Virus record (IMG/VR): IMGVR_UViG_3300037722_000240
Coordinates: 13,678-77,677 of that record
Reading direction: 5' to 3' (one strand)
Length of the DNA: 64,000 nt
DNA from: a virus
Taxonomy: Duplodnaviria > Caudoviricetes
Shown here: one piece after another, positions 28,922 through 39,212 of the stretch
Numbering within the stretch: the first letter of the stretch is position 1
Layout: each line of letters starts with the position of its first letter
The notes under the pieces: generated by a model
What the model was told of the DNA's origin: nothing
Seen by the model: only the letters and a program-made list of their open reading frames with translations
Databases searched by the model: none
Program-made: the position numbers and the translations under genes

Positions 28922-29374
28922 TTAGAACGGGTTGTATTCAGAATAAAATCTGATACTTGTTCTCCAATACATTTTTTCTACGAGTTCGGGAAAAATTCTT
29001 ACAGGCATAGCCGTTATATCGGTGGCTCTTAGCAACCCCAACTGTGTTGGAGAAACGCTAGGTGGAAACCCCTCATCATAATCATAAACAGGAATTCCTG
29101 TATTTAATTCTTCCAGTGTTTTGTACGAAAGTTCGTCCCTCTGGTCTTTATTTTTACCTATAACATCAAGTACCCACAGTCTTTCATTTAACCTATCCCT
29201 ATTACCCATCTCATATTCTACTGGTCGTATTACATCACTTTCGACTGTGATTGAGGGAAGCTGTAAATCTGCTTCTGGGTACCCATCATTAATGGTTAAC
29301 CAGTCCAGATGTTCAGAAAAGATGTCTCTCAACCAGTAGTATATACTTAGGTCTATTTTTCTTTGTAGATGCAT
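28922..29374 (-). CDS. tail terminator-like protein
   Basis: position; LPSITVE...LDVIGKNKDQRDEL pattern. Confidence 0.6.
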   Translation of the reverse strand: MHLQRKIDLSIYYWLRDIFSEHLDWLTINDGYPEADLQLPSITVESDVIRPVEYEMGNRDRLNERLWVLDVIGKNKDQRDELSYKTLEELNTGIPVYDYDEGFPPSVSPTQLGLLRATDITAMPVRIFPELVEKMYWRTSIRFYSEYNPF

Positions 29375-30219
29375 TATACTAATCTCACACCTAGTAGCTG
29401 TCTTTTAGGAGTTATATAAATTTCATACTTTCTTCCTTTATCATAAAAGGCACCTAAAACTTGTTCTGGTACAAATTGTTGAGGATTTTCAAAAAATACA
29501 TCAGCGGCCCTTTCTAGTTCAGCCTCTTCATCAAGTCTAACCTGTTCAAGAGCGGCGTCAAACAACTGTTGTGCCGCCTTTCTACTATTTTCTAGAAAAT
29601 GAGTACCAGCAAATCTAGGATAGCGATATCTTAGATTATGGTTTCCAACCTCTAGCCACAGCCAATAGGGTGTTTTTCCTCTCCAAAAGCCCATTCTTAC
29701 ATTTATAGCTCTTGGATAATATGTACTTATAGCCCTATTTTGTTTTCTAATAGAAGTTTCCTGACTTTTTGCAGGAGGGGCTATACCCTCTCTAGCAGGT
29801 TGATATACAAATACTTTCCAAAAGTGTGCTCTTCTTTCTATAGGCTTTTCTGTATCTACCTTAAGAACGTGTCTAGCCGCTTGAACACCATCATTAAAAT
29901 CATTCCAGTTTCCAGCTATATCCTCTGCATTGAAATAGATTTCTCCGTCATTAGTAATTTTTACCAATTCAGGGTCACTAAAATTTTCTACCAACGGTCC
30001 ACTCAGTTCTGGAGTATCATATTCTTTTGTTATTGCGACAGCATTTAGTAAATTAGTTTGAATAATTTGATATATCTGTTCTCTAACCTGACCAAAAGCT
30101 ATGGCTATACGACCTTTACCTCCCGCACCAAGAGCATTTGTTTCTAACCAACGAGCCCACTCTTTAGCACGAAAGCTCATTTGTCTTATCACTTCTGGAT
30201 CAGAATAATCTACTGGCAT
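29374..30219 (-). CDS. neck/tail completion protein (putative)
   Basis: position between head closure and tail terminator; PYWLWLEVG motif. Confidence 0.5.
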   Translation of the reverse strand: MPVDYSDPEVIRQMSFRAKEWARWLETNALGAGGKGRIAIAFGQVREQIYQIIQTNLLNAVAITKEYDTPELSGPLVENFSDPELVKITNDGEIYFNAEDIAGNWNDFNDGVQAARHVLKVDTEKPIERRAHFWKVFVYQPAREGIAPPAKSQETSIRKQNRAISTYYPRAINVRMGFWRGKTPYWLWLEVGNHNLRYRYPRFAGTHFLENSRKAAQQLFDAALEQVRLDEEAELERAADVFFENPQQFVPEQVLGAFYDKGRKYEIYITPKRQLLGVRLV

Positions 30220-30220
30220 A

Positions 30221-30454
30221 TTATTTCATAATCAGGCCTTCAACATCTCCGAATAAAGTTCTCATCGTAGAACGTGTATAATCGTTCATACCATCTAAAA
30301 TAATTTTTCTTACAAACTTGTATTCGTTAGATTCAGGCTCCATACTTTCCTCTAACTCGGCTAACATCATAGCTATAAACTTATTTCTCTTTTTGGTAAT
30401 ATACTTTACTACATCAATAACATCCAATCCATCAATAGTAACCTTTGCTTCCAT
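30221..30454 (-). CDS. hypothetical protein
   Basis: 77 aa in the neck operon. Confidence 0.65.
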   Translation of the reverse strand: MEAKVTIDGLDVIDVVKYITKKRNKFIAMMLAELEESMEPESNEYKFVRKIILDGMNDYTRSTMRTLFGDVEGLIMK

Positions 30455-30455
30455 C

Positions 30456-30905
30456 TTATTCTCCTTCCTTCTCCTGTAGCGTTACAAGTATTCTATTTAT
30501 CTCAGGAACGCCTCTAAGGTCTACAGCCTTCTTAACATATTCTCGATTATCTACTACGAAATATGAACTATTATTTACATATTCCATATTAGCAACGGTA
30601 TGCTTAAATTGTACCAAAGCATCGCCATCAACTATATAGCCGCCCACTTCAAATACCGGAGTATCAATTTGTCTAGTTCTAATATGAGCTATAACTTCCA
30701 CGCCAGATACGGTTTCCAACCACCAATTTCCTCCACAAACAGGACAATACTGATTTGTGGAAAGATTAGTTACAGGGTTTAGAGAATCTCCAGAAAATGT
30801 ACAAGGTATGCCAGATATAGTGGTGTAAATAGTAATATTTCTTCCAATGGCATCCCTTATCTGGTCTGTTATATCTGTTGTATTAGTAGGCCATGTTGCT
30901 ATCAT
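30456..30905 (-). CDS. head closure/stopper-like protein
   Basis: CPVCGG Zn motif, GGYIVDGDA, position. Confidence 0.55.
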   Translation of the reverse strand: MIATWPTNTTDITDQIRDAIGRNITIYTTISGIPCTFSGDSLNPVTNLSTNQYCPVCGGNWWLETVSGVEVIAHIRTRQIDTPVFEVGGYIVDGDALVQFKHTVANMEYVNNSSYFVVDNREYVKKAVDLRGVPEINRILVTLQEKEGE

Positions 30906-32131
30906 TATTCCAATACTTCTCTAAAAATATTATGAAATTTCATGGAAATTTTCTTCCAAGAATATTCAGGACTTGTTATTCTATTATACGATTTATCAGC
31001 CATTCGTGCCAGTTCTTCTCCCCCACTTCTCCAGTCATTATATGCATATTCTAGAGCCTCAACAACACTATATAAATCAGGAACTCTTGCTAAGGTATGT
31101 GTTTCAGTATACATAAAAGTTTCATCTGCTTTTATTAATATACCACTATCTTTCCATAACTCTGAACAAGCTGAATGATTAGGAACTATTTGAGGACGAC
31201 GGGCCGCCCCATGTTCCCAATTTGTAAGACCCCACCCTTCTCCTAAACTAGTATTAATACCTATTGAAGTACCATTATAAACTTCATTAAGACGGCTGTC
31301 TGGAATATTAGGCATATTATGATGAGTAGATGATATAATTAGCTTTTCATCAAAGAAATATCTATTGGCTAATTTTATAATATCATAGCCTACATCTTTA
31401 GCCCCCATGTGAAGATATAATCTAACATCGGGTTTATCCTTTTGAAACTCTGCAAAAGCTCGAATAGTTATATCTATACGTTTTCTAGGTTGATTTCTAT
31501 TAGCATTTAATATAATGAAATCTGATCTAAAAGACGGTTGTTTACTTACAGGGTAGAGAGCTTCGCGAGCTATTATCTCACCAGTTTTGATAAGCCTTCC
31601 TGCTCTATCAAATACGTCTCCAAGAGGATGAAAAATCCTAGTATCTATTCCATGAGGTATTACGCTAAGCTTATCTTGTAAACCAGGTTCGGCCTGTAAT
31701 ACTACCCTTCTCCCGAATTCTGTGTAAACACATACACTCTCTACCGATTCATAACCAGCATACCATACGGGGTCGTGCTCCTCTGCATCTACAGGAAAAT
31801 ACACAACGATTGGAATATCATTAATCTTTGCTTCCTCTAGAATTTTTAGGTACTGAGATATAACCCAAGGGTCGTTAAGAATAAATATTAAATCAGGTTT
31901 AATCTCTTTGATTAGATTAACTACTCTACCAAATCCCCATACATCCCCGCCAAGCATTGCTGGATAAATCTTATGTTTGAAATCATTAGGGTCCCCCATA
32001 TAGTTAATACCTAAATGGTGAACCTCATATTTTCTAGGTAAATTTGAAATAATACTATGATTTACTCTGGCAAAACCAGTAGTAGCTACTGCATCACCAA
32101 TCCAAAAAATCTTTTTCCTATCCTTTTTCAT
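30905..32131 (-). CDS. GT4 family glycosyltransferase
   Basis: TGFARV, VIPHGID, NANRNQPRKRID, EGWGL (EX7E region). Confidence 0.85.
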   Translation of the reverse strand: MKKDRKKIFWIGDAVATTGFARVNHSIISNLPRKYEVHHLGINYMGDPNDFKHKIYPAMLGGDVWGFGRVVNLIKEIKPDLIFILNDPWVISQYLKILEEAKINDIPIVVYFPVDAEEHDPVWYAGYESVESVCVYTEFGRRVVLQAEPGLQDKLSVIPHGIDTRIFHPLGDVFDRAGRLIKTGEIIAREALYPVSKQPSFRSDFIILNANRNQPRKRIDITIRAFAEFQKDKPDVRLYLHMGAKDVGYDIIKLANRYFFDEKLIISSTHHNMPNIPDSRLNEVYNGTSIGINTSLGEGWGLTNWEHGAARRPQIVPNHSACSELWKDSGILIKADETFMYTETHTLARVPDLYSVVEALEYAYNDWRSGGEELARMADKSYNRITSPEYSWKKISMKFHNIFREVLE

Positions 32132-32144
32132 TAGTCTCTCCTAA

Positions 32145-32630
32145 TTAGTATTCATTTGGATTATTTATATATCCCGGTAAATGTGACTTACCTGGAGAAG
32201 CCAGTCTCTTTTGAGGAGGCTTCAATATACTAGTTAATTCCTTCCAATCTCTTACTAATGATGAATCTTTTCTCCTACCCGCCTCTATGTTGGAATATGA
32301 AATCTCAGCATCACGCCACGCTCCCAAGTTCCAAGATAGATTCTCCAACTCGCCCGTTTTTATTAAAATAGATGCCATTAATACAATAGGACGATTATCT
32401 ACATCTTGAATAACAGGCGGAGTAGCATGAAGAAATTTGACATGAGGGTTTCTATAGACCTCATCATTTTCATCTAGAAGATATTTAAAATTCCACCACG
32501 ATTGTAGGCCTTCCACAGATGCAACTAAAGCTATTTCTAGCCACTCTTCTGTGTACCTAGACTCATCTCTGTCACCTACAGCAAGTCTAAGACGCGATAG
32601 TAAATAAGTAATATCTACTGTTTCTGTCAT
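32145..32630 (-). CDS. head-tail adaptor-like protein
   Basis: LRLAVGD...YTEEWL pattern; position after the capsid. Confidence 0.55.
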   Translation of the reverse strand: MTETVDITYLLSRLRLAVGDRDESRYTEEWLEIALVASVEGLQSWWNFKYLLDENDEVYRNPHVKFLHATPPVIQDVDNRPIVLMASILIKTGELENLSWNLGAWRDAEISYSNIEAGRRKDSSLVRDWKELTSILKPPQKRLASPGKSHLPGYINNPNEY

Positions 32631-32632
32631 TA

Positions 32633-33136
32633 TTACTCTTCTTCATTTGATTGATATGATGATAACTGTATTTCAGAAAGTTTTTCTTCAATACGGCCTA
32701 CGATTGCATCTGATTTTTCTAATTCTCTAGCCCTATTTAAAAGTCTAAAAACCGGAGCCTCGTCTGTAAATTTATCCAACTTAGCCTTAAAAGCAAGGAA
32801 CTTCATTTGTAGCATTTCATCTAGTTTTTCATCTGAAATACTATTTGGGGATTCCGGCAATTTAGGAAGTGGGCCTTCTACAGCAGATAGTCTACCGGCT
32901 TCAAAATGCTTTCTATTAATTTTCTTGAAAAAAGCATTTGCTTTATCAGACCAAATTTCTACCATTGTACCATCACGTTCAGATGTTTTTGCGTAGTCCC
33001 CACTAAGAATTAATTCTTGGGGTTCTTGAGAAAACTCATCTAAAACTGTAACATGAACCTTTCCTAGAATAGTTTTCTTATATCTAGCGAGAGGCTCACC
33101 GTCCTGCATCATAGAAAATAAATCATTACCTGCCAT
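32633..33136 (-). CDS. hypothetical head-region protein
   Basis: 167 aa directly after the capsid gene; AAGGAG RBS. Confidence 0.7.
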   Translation of the reverse strand: MAGNDLFSMMQDGEPLARYKKTILGKVHVTVLDEFSQEPQELILSGDYAKTSERDGTMVEIWSDKANAFFKKINRKHFEAGRLSAVEGPLPKLPESPNSISDEKLDEMLQMKFLAFKAKLDKFTDEAPVFRLLNRARELEKSDAIVGRIEEKLSEIQLSSYQSNEEE

Positions 33137-33204
33137 TTTTGTTCTCCTTATTATTTATAGTAGGGAGAGGGCCAAGTTAATGACCCTCTCCCAAGTTTTA
33201 TAAC

Positions 33205-34116
33205 TTAGCTCAAAGCACCCAAAACAAAGATTCCCATAGCATTATCAATAATCAAACCAAACTGTTGATAAATTTCTAGCATCCACTGAGGAGGGGTTGG
33301 GTTCATATCACTCCACTGCTTTGTTTTCACATCGCCATAGGTAATAAAGTCTCCAACATTCTCACCAATGACAAGAATCTTGTCAGTTGGAATTAGAGCA
33401 TTATAGTCCTCTAAGTTGTCGAATACTTGCTCAATTGCTCTAATAGGAACTCCATAATAGCGACCCAACATACCAGTTTGACGAATTTCGTCAATAGCTG
33501 TTTGTGAGCCCTCTACGTTTGAACCATCACTCCAGAAAGCACCAAACTTAGTAATAGGTGTTACAGCCGCTCTAGAACCAAGAATTACCTTAGCTCCAGC
33601 GGTAGTCAAGTTAATCTGGTCAATAGCACTCTCCAGAGCAGTAGATGTAATGGCACCGCCTACTGCTGTATAGTTATCTGGAGTATTAACCGCTGACCAT
33701 ACTGTGCTTAGTGCAGTAAATACTTTTTGAACATAGAAATCATTTAGCTTCTGGGCCATTTCTCTACGAATTTCTGCTACTGTGCCAATCTCACCGCTTT
33801 CTAGTTCCCACTGGTTATAAGTAACCTTCACGTCAGCACCGTCTAGAATGTAGTTCATACGGTCTGATACTGTGATTTCTGATGCCAAATGCACTGCACC
33901 GGGAACTAATGTACGAACCTCAATACCCTTTCTAATTTTCTTTACCAAGCTATCGCCGGGCTTTAGACTACGAGTATTTAGAATATCACCAACAATTTGA
34001 TTTGTTAGGTGATTAGGTTGTACAAACTCTACGATGATTTCAGCAAGAGCGTCCCTCTTATTAGGGTCTCTCATATAAGAAGCAACGGCCTGTGCTAATC
34101 TCTCGTTATCTTTCAT
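33205..34116 (-). CDS. major capsid protein (HK97-like)
   Basis: 303 aa; GMLGRYYGVPI motif; position after the scaffold; downstream hairpin 33163-33192. Confidence 0.8.
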   Translation of the reverse strand: MKDNERLAQAVASYMRDPNKRDALAEIIVEFVQPNHLTNQIVGDILNTRSLKPGDSLVKKIRKGIEVRTLVPGAVHLASEITVSDRMNYILDGADVKVTYNQWELESGEIGTVAEIRREMAQKLNDFYVQKVFTALSTVWSAVNTPDNYTAVGGAITSTALESAIDQINLTTAGAKVILGSRAAVTPITKFGAFWSDGSNVEGSQTAIDEIRQTGMLGRYYGVPIRAIEQVFDNLEDYNALIPTDKILVIGENVGDFITYGDVKTKQWSDMNPTPPQWMLEIYQQFGLIIDNAMGIFVLGALS

Positions 34117-34142
34117 GTTAGGCTATCTCCTTTATAATAAAA

Positions 34143-34727
34143 TTATAGTGTCCTAAATGTTAGTTCACCGGTCTCAGAATTATATCTTTCGACCCTTGCT
34201 ACTGTAGCTGAACCACCAGCATCGTGTGCAAGTTTTCCTGCTTCTGCGGCTGTATCGTCTGCCGCATTCAAGACTTCTAGCGGCGCACCGGGAACTTCCA
34301 GTGCGGCGTCATATACCCAAGCTCCCGAAGGAACTGTGAATACGCCTCTATCAAAGGCTAGTGCTTGGAAACCAGATGGGATTGTTACTCCATCACGATT
34401 TCCTGGGTATGTCAAATGAACTGCCGCAGTAAATGGAACATTTGCGGCTTGGTCAAATCCATGTCTCAATGCCCAATCAAAACTAGGCTGAGGTACAAAC
34501 ATTTTAATAGGACCATGTGCGGTAGCATTGCTAACAGGCCATGTTACGATATATTTAGCTAGTGCGGCTTCTGCGGATGTTGCAGGAACCTTAACTCCGG
34601 GCAGGTCAGTACGGCTTCCAAAGTCGTGTTCACCTGGAGTATTCTCTGTCATAAGAACCATACGGCCCTCTGGAATATCCGCTACAACAACGCAACCTAC
34701 AATGTCCGTGTATTTATTGATTTGCAT
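34143..34727 (-). CDS. capsid decoration/cement protein (putative)
   Basis: Ala/Pro-rich beta protein immediately upstream of the capsid gene. Confidence 0.55.
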   Translation of the reverse strand: MQINKYTDIVGCVVVADIPEGRMVLMTENTPGEHDFGSRTDLPGVKVPATSAEAALAKYIVTWPVSNATAHGPIKMFVPQPSFDWALRHGFDQAANVPFTAAVHLTYPGNRDGVTIPSGFQALAFDRGVFTVPSGAWVYDAALEVPGAPLEVLNAADDTAAEAGKLAHDAGGSATVARVERYNSETGELTFRTL

Positions 34728-34749
34728 GACTCTATATCCTCCAAGTCAA

Positions 34750-35919
34750 TTACTTGTCAAAAGTCTCACGAAGAAACTCTACTGCGTCCCTCGTGCTGAC
34801 TCTTCCATTACCAGGGTCGTCAGATGAATCTATGCCCGGTAAATCAGATGTTAAATTAATTGAGGCCTCTGCGTCAGCATTTGAAACGGCTTTTCTACTA
34901 AAAGCAACAAGTTCCTGAATGAAGAAATCAAGGGATGCTTCCGTCATTTCAAGCAAAATTTCCTCTTTCTCATTCATAAAATCGTCGTCTACAGTAATTT
35001 TAGCATCGTTTAACTTCTGGCGAATGCCATCAAGTTTTTCCTGCTTCTGCTTTGCCTCGTCTGCTTCATTCTTAAACTGTTCTAGAGTCGCATATTTAGG
35101 TTTCAACTCTTCGAGTTCAACCTTTAGGGGCTCTAGCGTTTCGATTGTAGTAGTTGCTGTTTCTAGTTGTTTCTTAAACGTATCTAGGTCAGCTTGAAGT
35201 CCATTCACAATCTTTTCATGGTCTTCGCGAGTAATTGTATCCATTGGTTCGTTTTCTCCTCTAATTAAGATTTCATTAATCTCTGCGAGAATTGTTGTTT
35301 CCATTTCTGATAAATCTTTACCATCAGAAATTTTAGCTAAAATAGTATTAAATTTGGTATTAGCCTCTTTACTAATAGATGCTACCGCTAAAACAGGAGT
35401 TCGTCCCATATATGACGGTAAATCTACAATTGTAGCCGCGTTCATAACAACGCCTCTTAAATTAATATGACCATCGTCTGTAGTTTCTGAGATAGAATCA
35501 TCATATTTTAATTCCCAAGAAACATTAACAGGTTGGCCGTTATTAAATCTTTGTTTAATAAGGTCAATATCTTCTGGACGTTCGGCACTCCATAGAGCGG
35601 CGATAGCCTCGATATGGTCCTCGTTTTCTCTTAGATGGGTAATAGTTCCAATAGGCTTGCTACCAAGGTGATTCAGTTCCAAAGCCTCTGCCGCTTGTTC
35701 AGAAAGTTTGACTGGCATAAACATACCAGTTTTTATAATGTTGGCAAATTCTTCTTTTGGAACTCTTTGTTCATTAGCATTAGGTTTATCATCTGTTAAA
35801 ATAAACTTAATCCAAGTAACAAAAGGGTTCTGTGACAATGATGCCATAGATTCTCCTGCACTAGAACTATTGTTCACAATTAATTGTACACTTTTTGCTA
35901 ATATATTGTCAGTTTGCAT
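34750..35919 (-). CDS. prohead protease / scaffold fusion
   Basis: N-terminal protease-like domain (NHL, PIG, VSWEL) and coiled-coil acidic C-terminus. Confidence 0.7.
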   Translation of the reverse strand: MQTDNILAKSVQLIVNNSSSAGESMASLSQNPFVTWIKFILTDDKPNANEQRVPKEEFANIIKTGMFMPVKLSEQAAEALELNHLGSKPIGTITHLRENEDHIEAIAALWSAERPEDIDLIKQRFNNGQPVNVSWELKYDDSISETTDDGHINLRGVVMNAATIVDLPSYMGRTPVLAVASISKEANTKFNTILAKISDGKDLSEMETTILAEINEILIRGENEPMDTITREDHEKIVNGLQADLDTFKKQLETATTTIETLEPLKVELEELKPKYATLEQFKNEADEAKQKQEKLDGIRQKLNDAKITVDDDFMNEKEEILLEMTEASLDFFIQELVAFSRKAVSNADAEASINLTSDLPGIDSSDDPGNGRVSTRDAVEFLRETFDK

Positions 35920-35945
35920 AGTATTTTATCCCTTTTAAGCCCATT

Positions 35946-36158
35946 TTATTGATTTTTATTGGGTCCTAATGCCGTACCAATGGCATTTAATCCCTCAAAT
36001 AAATTTAGCTCATGTTGATTAAAAGACGCTTTTTCGTCTTGTTGTGGTGTTCTTCCATGCCTCTTAAAGTAAGCAATTGCACAAATGCGTTGAGCATCTT
36101 TTTCTGAATGGCCTCTGCTTATCTCAGACTTTACACATTCTTTATATTCTTTAGGCAC
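35946..36158 (-). CDS. 70-aa hypothetical protein
   Basis: GTG start after GGAGG; PKEYKECVKS...QRICAIAY. Confidence 0.55.
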   Translation of the reverse strand: MPKEYKECVKSEISRGHSEKDAQRICAIAYFKRHGRTPQQDEKASFNQHELNLFEGLNAIGTALGPNKNQ

Positions 36159-37650
36159 TGCTACCTCCAGCGGAATTCTCTGGTGCATTACCACCGGAAG
36201 GTCTACCGGGCTCATTAGAATGAGGAACTGGCTGGAAAGGCTGTAGACTTCTGGCCTTAAACTTTTCATCCTCATGTTCTCTCTTGTCCAGTTGTTCATC
36301 CAAGATATAGCCATATGCCTTAGAGTAATCTTCTCTTGACAAGTTACCCGTCTCATACAAGCCCTTTATACCTTCAAAGAACAACTGCATACTCATTAGA
36401 TTAATAGGCTTAAACTCTATTACTGGTACATTGTTTATAGACTCATTATTTTTCGCTAGTTCAAAATAAACTGTATTAATAATAGGCAATAATGCTCTTC
36501 TTAATCTATCCATTGTATGAACCGGAGAAAGAGTAGCAATTTGGGGGTCTGATGCAAATGAACGCTCCGTCTCTCCAGTAATCAAGATTCTAGGAAACCC
36601 TAAAGCAACTAAAATATCTTGATTCACGGTTTCATATTTATTATTATCAAGCAGTGCTTTTACATCGGGAAATATCCACTGCAAATCAACCGTATGATTA
36701 GTAACAAGCAAGAATACTCTTTCAATATCATCCTGTGCTAAATTATCTCTCCACTTGAATTTACTTTCAATTTTGTCAACTTCGTCCGATTGGTCCTCGG
36801 TTAAAGGAAACTCATCGCTTCCTAGCTTACCATGTAAAATAGCACTAATAACTCTTGCGGCAATAGAATAATCCATTCGTCTTAGATTTCTCTTATGCTT
36901 TAATGCTTCTAGTGCTGAATAAAGATAAGGGATTGGGTACTGAGAATCTGCTAGAGACGTTGATTTTATTATGAGAGGGTTTTCTAGACGAATTTTGGTT
37001 TCCCCTTCTAAAATCTGTTCTACAAATTTTGGATATAAAGTAGCAATTTTTCTATATAATTCTTTATCTTCTCCACCATCATCATAATGCCCCTTATTCC
37101 TAATAAAACTTAAAACATCTTCTGGCATTATTACGAAGTATGATTCTTCGTTACCTATGGGTGGACGTTTTATTTCTATATCTTTAGAATCTCTAAGCCA
37201 CATTTCTGTAGGATATAGTAAACTAGATAGCCTAGAAATTCTCTTTTTTCTTAGAAATTCTTGATTTACTCTGGTTAGTTTTATTTCTGGAACCAACAGT
37301 CCAGTTAATAGATACTCAAAAGCCGCTTTTCTTATAAAGTCATACAGGTCATTAGATATAGCATTGAATACATCCTGTTCTTGTTGACTTAATCTAGTAG
37401 CGCCCTCTGTATTGATTACCAAATCAGTAATTGCTAGGTCTACCATCTTACCAATAACTGTTGAAGCTAAAGGGTCATGTCTAAAAAAGAATCTACAATC
37501 TCTTATTATATTCCTGTAGTCTCTATGTTCTTTTGATGTAAGAAGGTCTACTATTCCTATCCAGGGATTTGGTTCCATAGTACTAGTGTTTCCCGGATAG
37601 AAAGAAAACCCTGCTGTAGCCAGTGATAATTTCTTATTATTTTCTGCCAT
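36151..37650 (-). CDS. portal protein
   Basis: follows TerL; about 500 aa; start MAENNKK after GAGG. Confidence 0.85.
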   Translation of the reverse strand: MAENNKKLSLATAGFSFYPGNTSTMEPNPWIGIVDLLTSKEHRDYRNIIRDCRFFFRHDPLASTVIGKMVDLAITDLVINTEGATRLSQQEQDVFNAISNDLYDFIRKAAFEYLLTGLLVPEIKLTRVNQEFLRKKRISRLSSLLYPTEMWLRDSKDIEIKRPPIGNEESYFVIMPEDVLSFIRNKGHYDDGGEDKELYRKIATLYPKFVEQILEGETKIRLENPLIIKSTSLADSQYPIPYLYSALEALKHKRNLRRMDYSIAARVISAILHGKLGSDEFPLTEDQSDEVDKIESKFKWRDNLAQDDIERVFLLVTNHTVDLQWIFPDVKALLDNNKYETVNQDILVALGFPRILITGETERSFASDPQIATLSPVHTMDRLRRALLPIINTVYFELAKNNESINNVPVIEFKPINLMSMQLFFEGIKGLYETGNLSREDYSKAYGYILDEQLDKREHEDEKFKARSLQPFQPVPHSNEPGRPSGGNAPENSAGGSSA

Positions 37651-39212
37651 TATATTCCTCTTACCCACCTAAAGGCGCTCATTAGTACAGGCTTCTTTTT
37701 ACCAAAAAGTTGGTCCGTTGTTTTTACATAGTAAGCTATAATTCCAGCTAACAATGCTGAAACATTGTGGTCGTCGCCTCTCTTACCGCCGCCCGGTGTA
37801 AGGGTCTTGAATGAAATTTCTCCATTTTGATTCTTAGTATAAGTCATTCTTTCCATTTCTGTAACCAGTTCTGTATCTGTAGAAGAATATACAATCCTAT
37901 GAGCATTGGTATATTCTTGTAAAAGAGTAACACTGTATGGCTTCAATTTTACTTTGATTTCCTCACCATCATCAGATTCTCCTAATGTTAACCAAGAACC
38001 AAACTCTACAGGATACAATCGTTTCTTATAATTCTTGTGTATATAATTCTCATCTAGTAACATCTGCTGTGTTAAAGCTTTACCAGATGAGCCCGCATCT
38101 ATTCCCCAAATTTCAGGATAACCGAATTTTGTATCTAAAAAGTCTAATAGCTTAATTTGTATAGGATACTCCACTTTTTGCAAAACAATACGAGCATGTT
38201 GTTTAATCTTACCATTCTTCTCATATAATACCACAATTGATGTAGGGTCTGTATATCCCAAGTCAACCCCAATTATCGTTAAATCTATCTTTTCTGGCAA
38301 TTGAGGAAGCAAAGCAAGTCGATGAACCATCTCTTCATAAGTTTTAACGTCGATACCGGAGAACTTTATCTTATGAACGGGGTAGTTGTCTATTTGCATT
38401 AATCTTCTATCAAATACAGCAAAGGTTGGGGAACCATGTCTACCCAAAACAAAATGAGTGTAATCCTCGCTATCTACTCCTCCATACTGTACTAGGTTTC
38501 TTTCCTCATCCTCATCTGAATATCTAGGATTATCATGGGCGGATGTTCTATGGTGGCTGAAATTATCATCAACTTCGTCTACATGATAAAGAACATTATT
38601 CTCTCGCAATCCCGTAGGTACTCCAGATACGAATAGTCTAAACCCAGGTTCCCATGTATTAAGGGTAGGCTGTAGTTCCATCCAAGTTCCCCAAGGATAA
38701 TAACCCGCCTCATCTAGTATAACCTCTGGCGTGTGCAAACCAATAACATTTGCCCCTGTTCCACTCTGTCCAGCAATACGGCATAATAGATGCCCGCCAT
38801 TAACCAGCTTTATCGTATAATTAGAAGCGTTGATACCCTTGTACGGCTCCAAATAGTGCTTTAGCAAATCATTATTTCTAAAGTCCTTGGTCAGCCCGAA
38901 AAACACTGGTTCTAAGTGAACCTTGTTTGGAACGGTGTATACAATATAGTCACCATTATGGAGATTATTGGTCATAGACCAAATAATTCTTCCCTTTAAT
39001 GCTTCTGTCTTTCCAACGGCACGGGCACAGCAGAGAGAAACGTAACTATTAAAGTCAGCAACATATTCTTTTTGATATTTAGAGTACTCCCATTTTTGCT
39101 GTTTCCAGTCCGGTATATCTAGAGTTCTATAAAATTCTCCAGATAAAACAGGGTGTCTAATAAGCTCATATAATATTAAATCTTCGTGCGTTACTTTTTC
39201 TGCAATAGCCAT
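37650..39212 (-). CDS. terL: terminase large subunit
   Basis: ARAVGKT Walker A, ILDEAG Walker B, GVDLG...D and DD..SA nuclease motifs. Confidence 0.92.
   Translation of the reverse strand: MAIAEKVTHEDLILYELIRHPVLSGEFYRTLDIPDWKQQKWEYSKYQKEYVADFNSYVSLCCARAVGKTEALKGRIIWSMTNNLHNGDYIVYTVPNKVHLEPVFFGLTKDFRNNDLLKHYLEPYKGINASNYTIKLVNGGHLLCRIAGQSGTGANVIGLHTPEVILDEAGYYPWGTWMELQPTLNTWEPGFRLFVSGVPTGLRENNVLYHVDEVDDNFSHHRTSAHDNPRYSDEDEERNLVQYGGVDSEDYTHFVLGRHGSPTFAVFDRRLMQIDNYPVHKIKFSGIDVKTYEEMVHRLALLPQLPEKIDLTIIGVDLGYTDPTSIVVLYEKNGKIKQHARIVLQKVEYPIQIKLLDFLDTKFGYPEIWGIDAGSSGKALTQQMLLDENYIHKNYKKRLYPVEFGSWLTLGESDDGEEIKVKLKPYSVTLLQEYTNAHRIVYSSTDTELVTEMERMTYTKNQNGEISFKTLTPGGGKRGDDHNVSALLAGIIAYYVKTTDQLFGKKKPVLMSAFRWVRGI

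Noticed and set aside
36159-36356. N-terminal extension of ORF 35946..36356
   Set aside because: Overlaps the portal gene; a GTG start with GGAGG at 36158 explains the real protein
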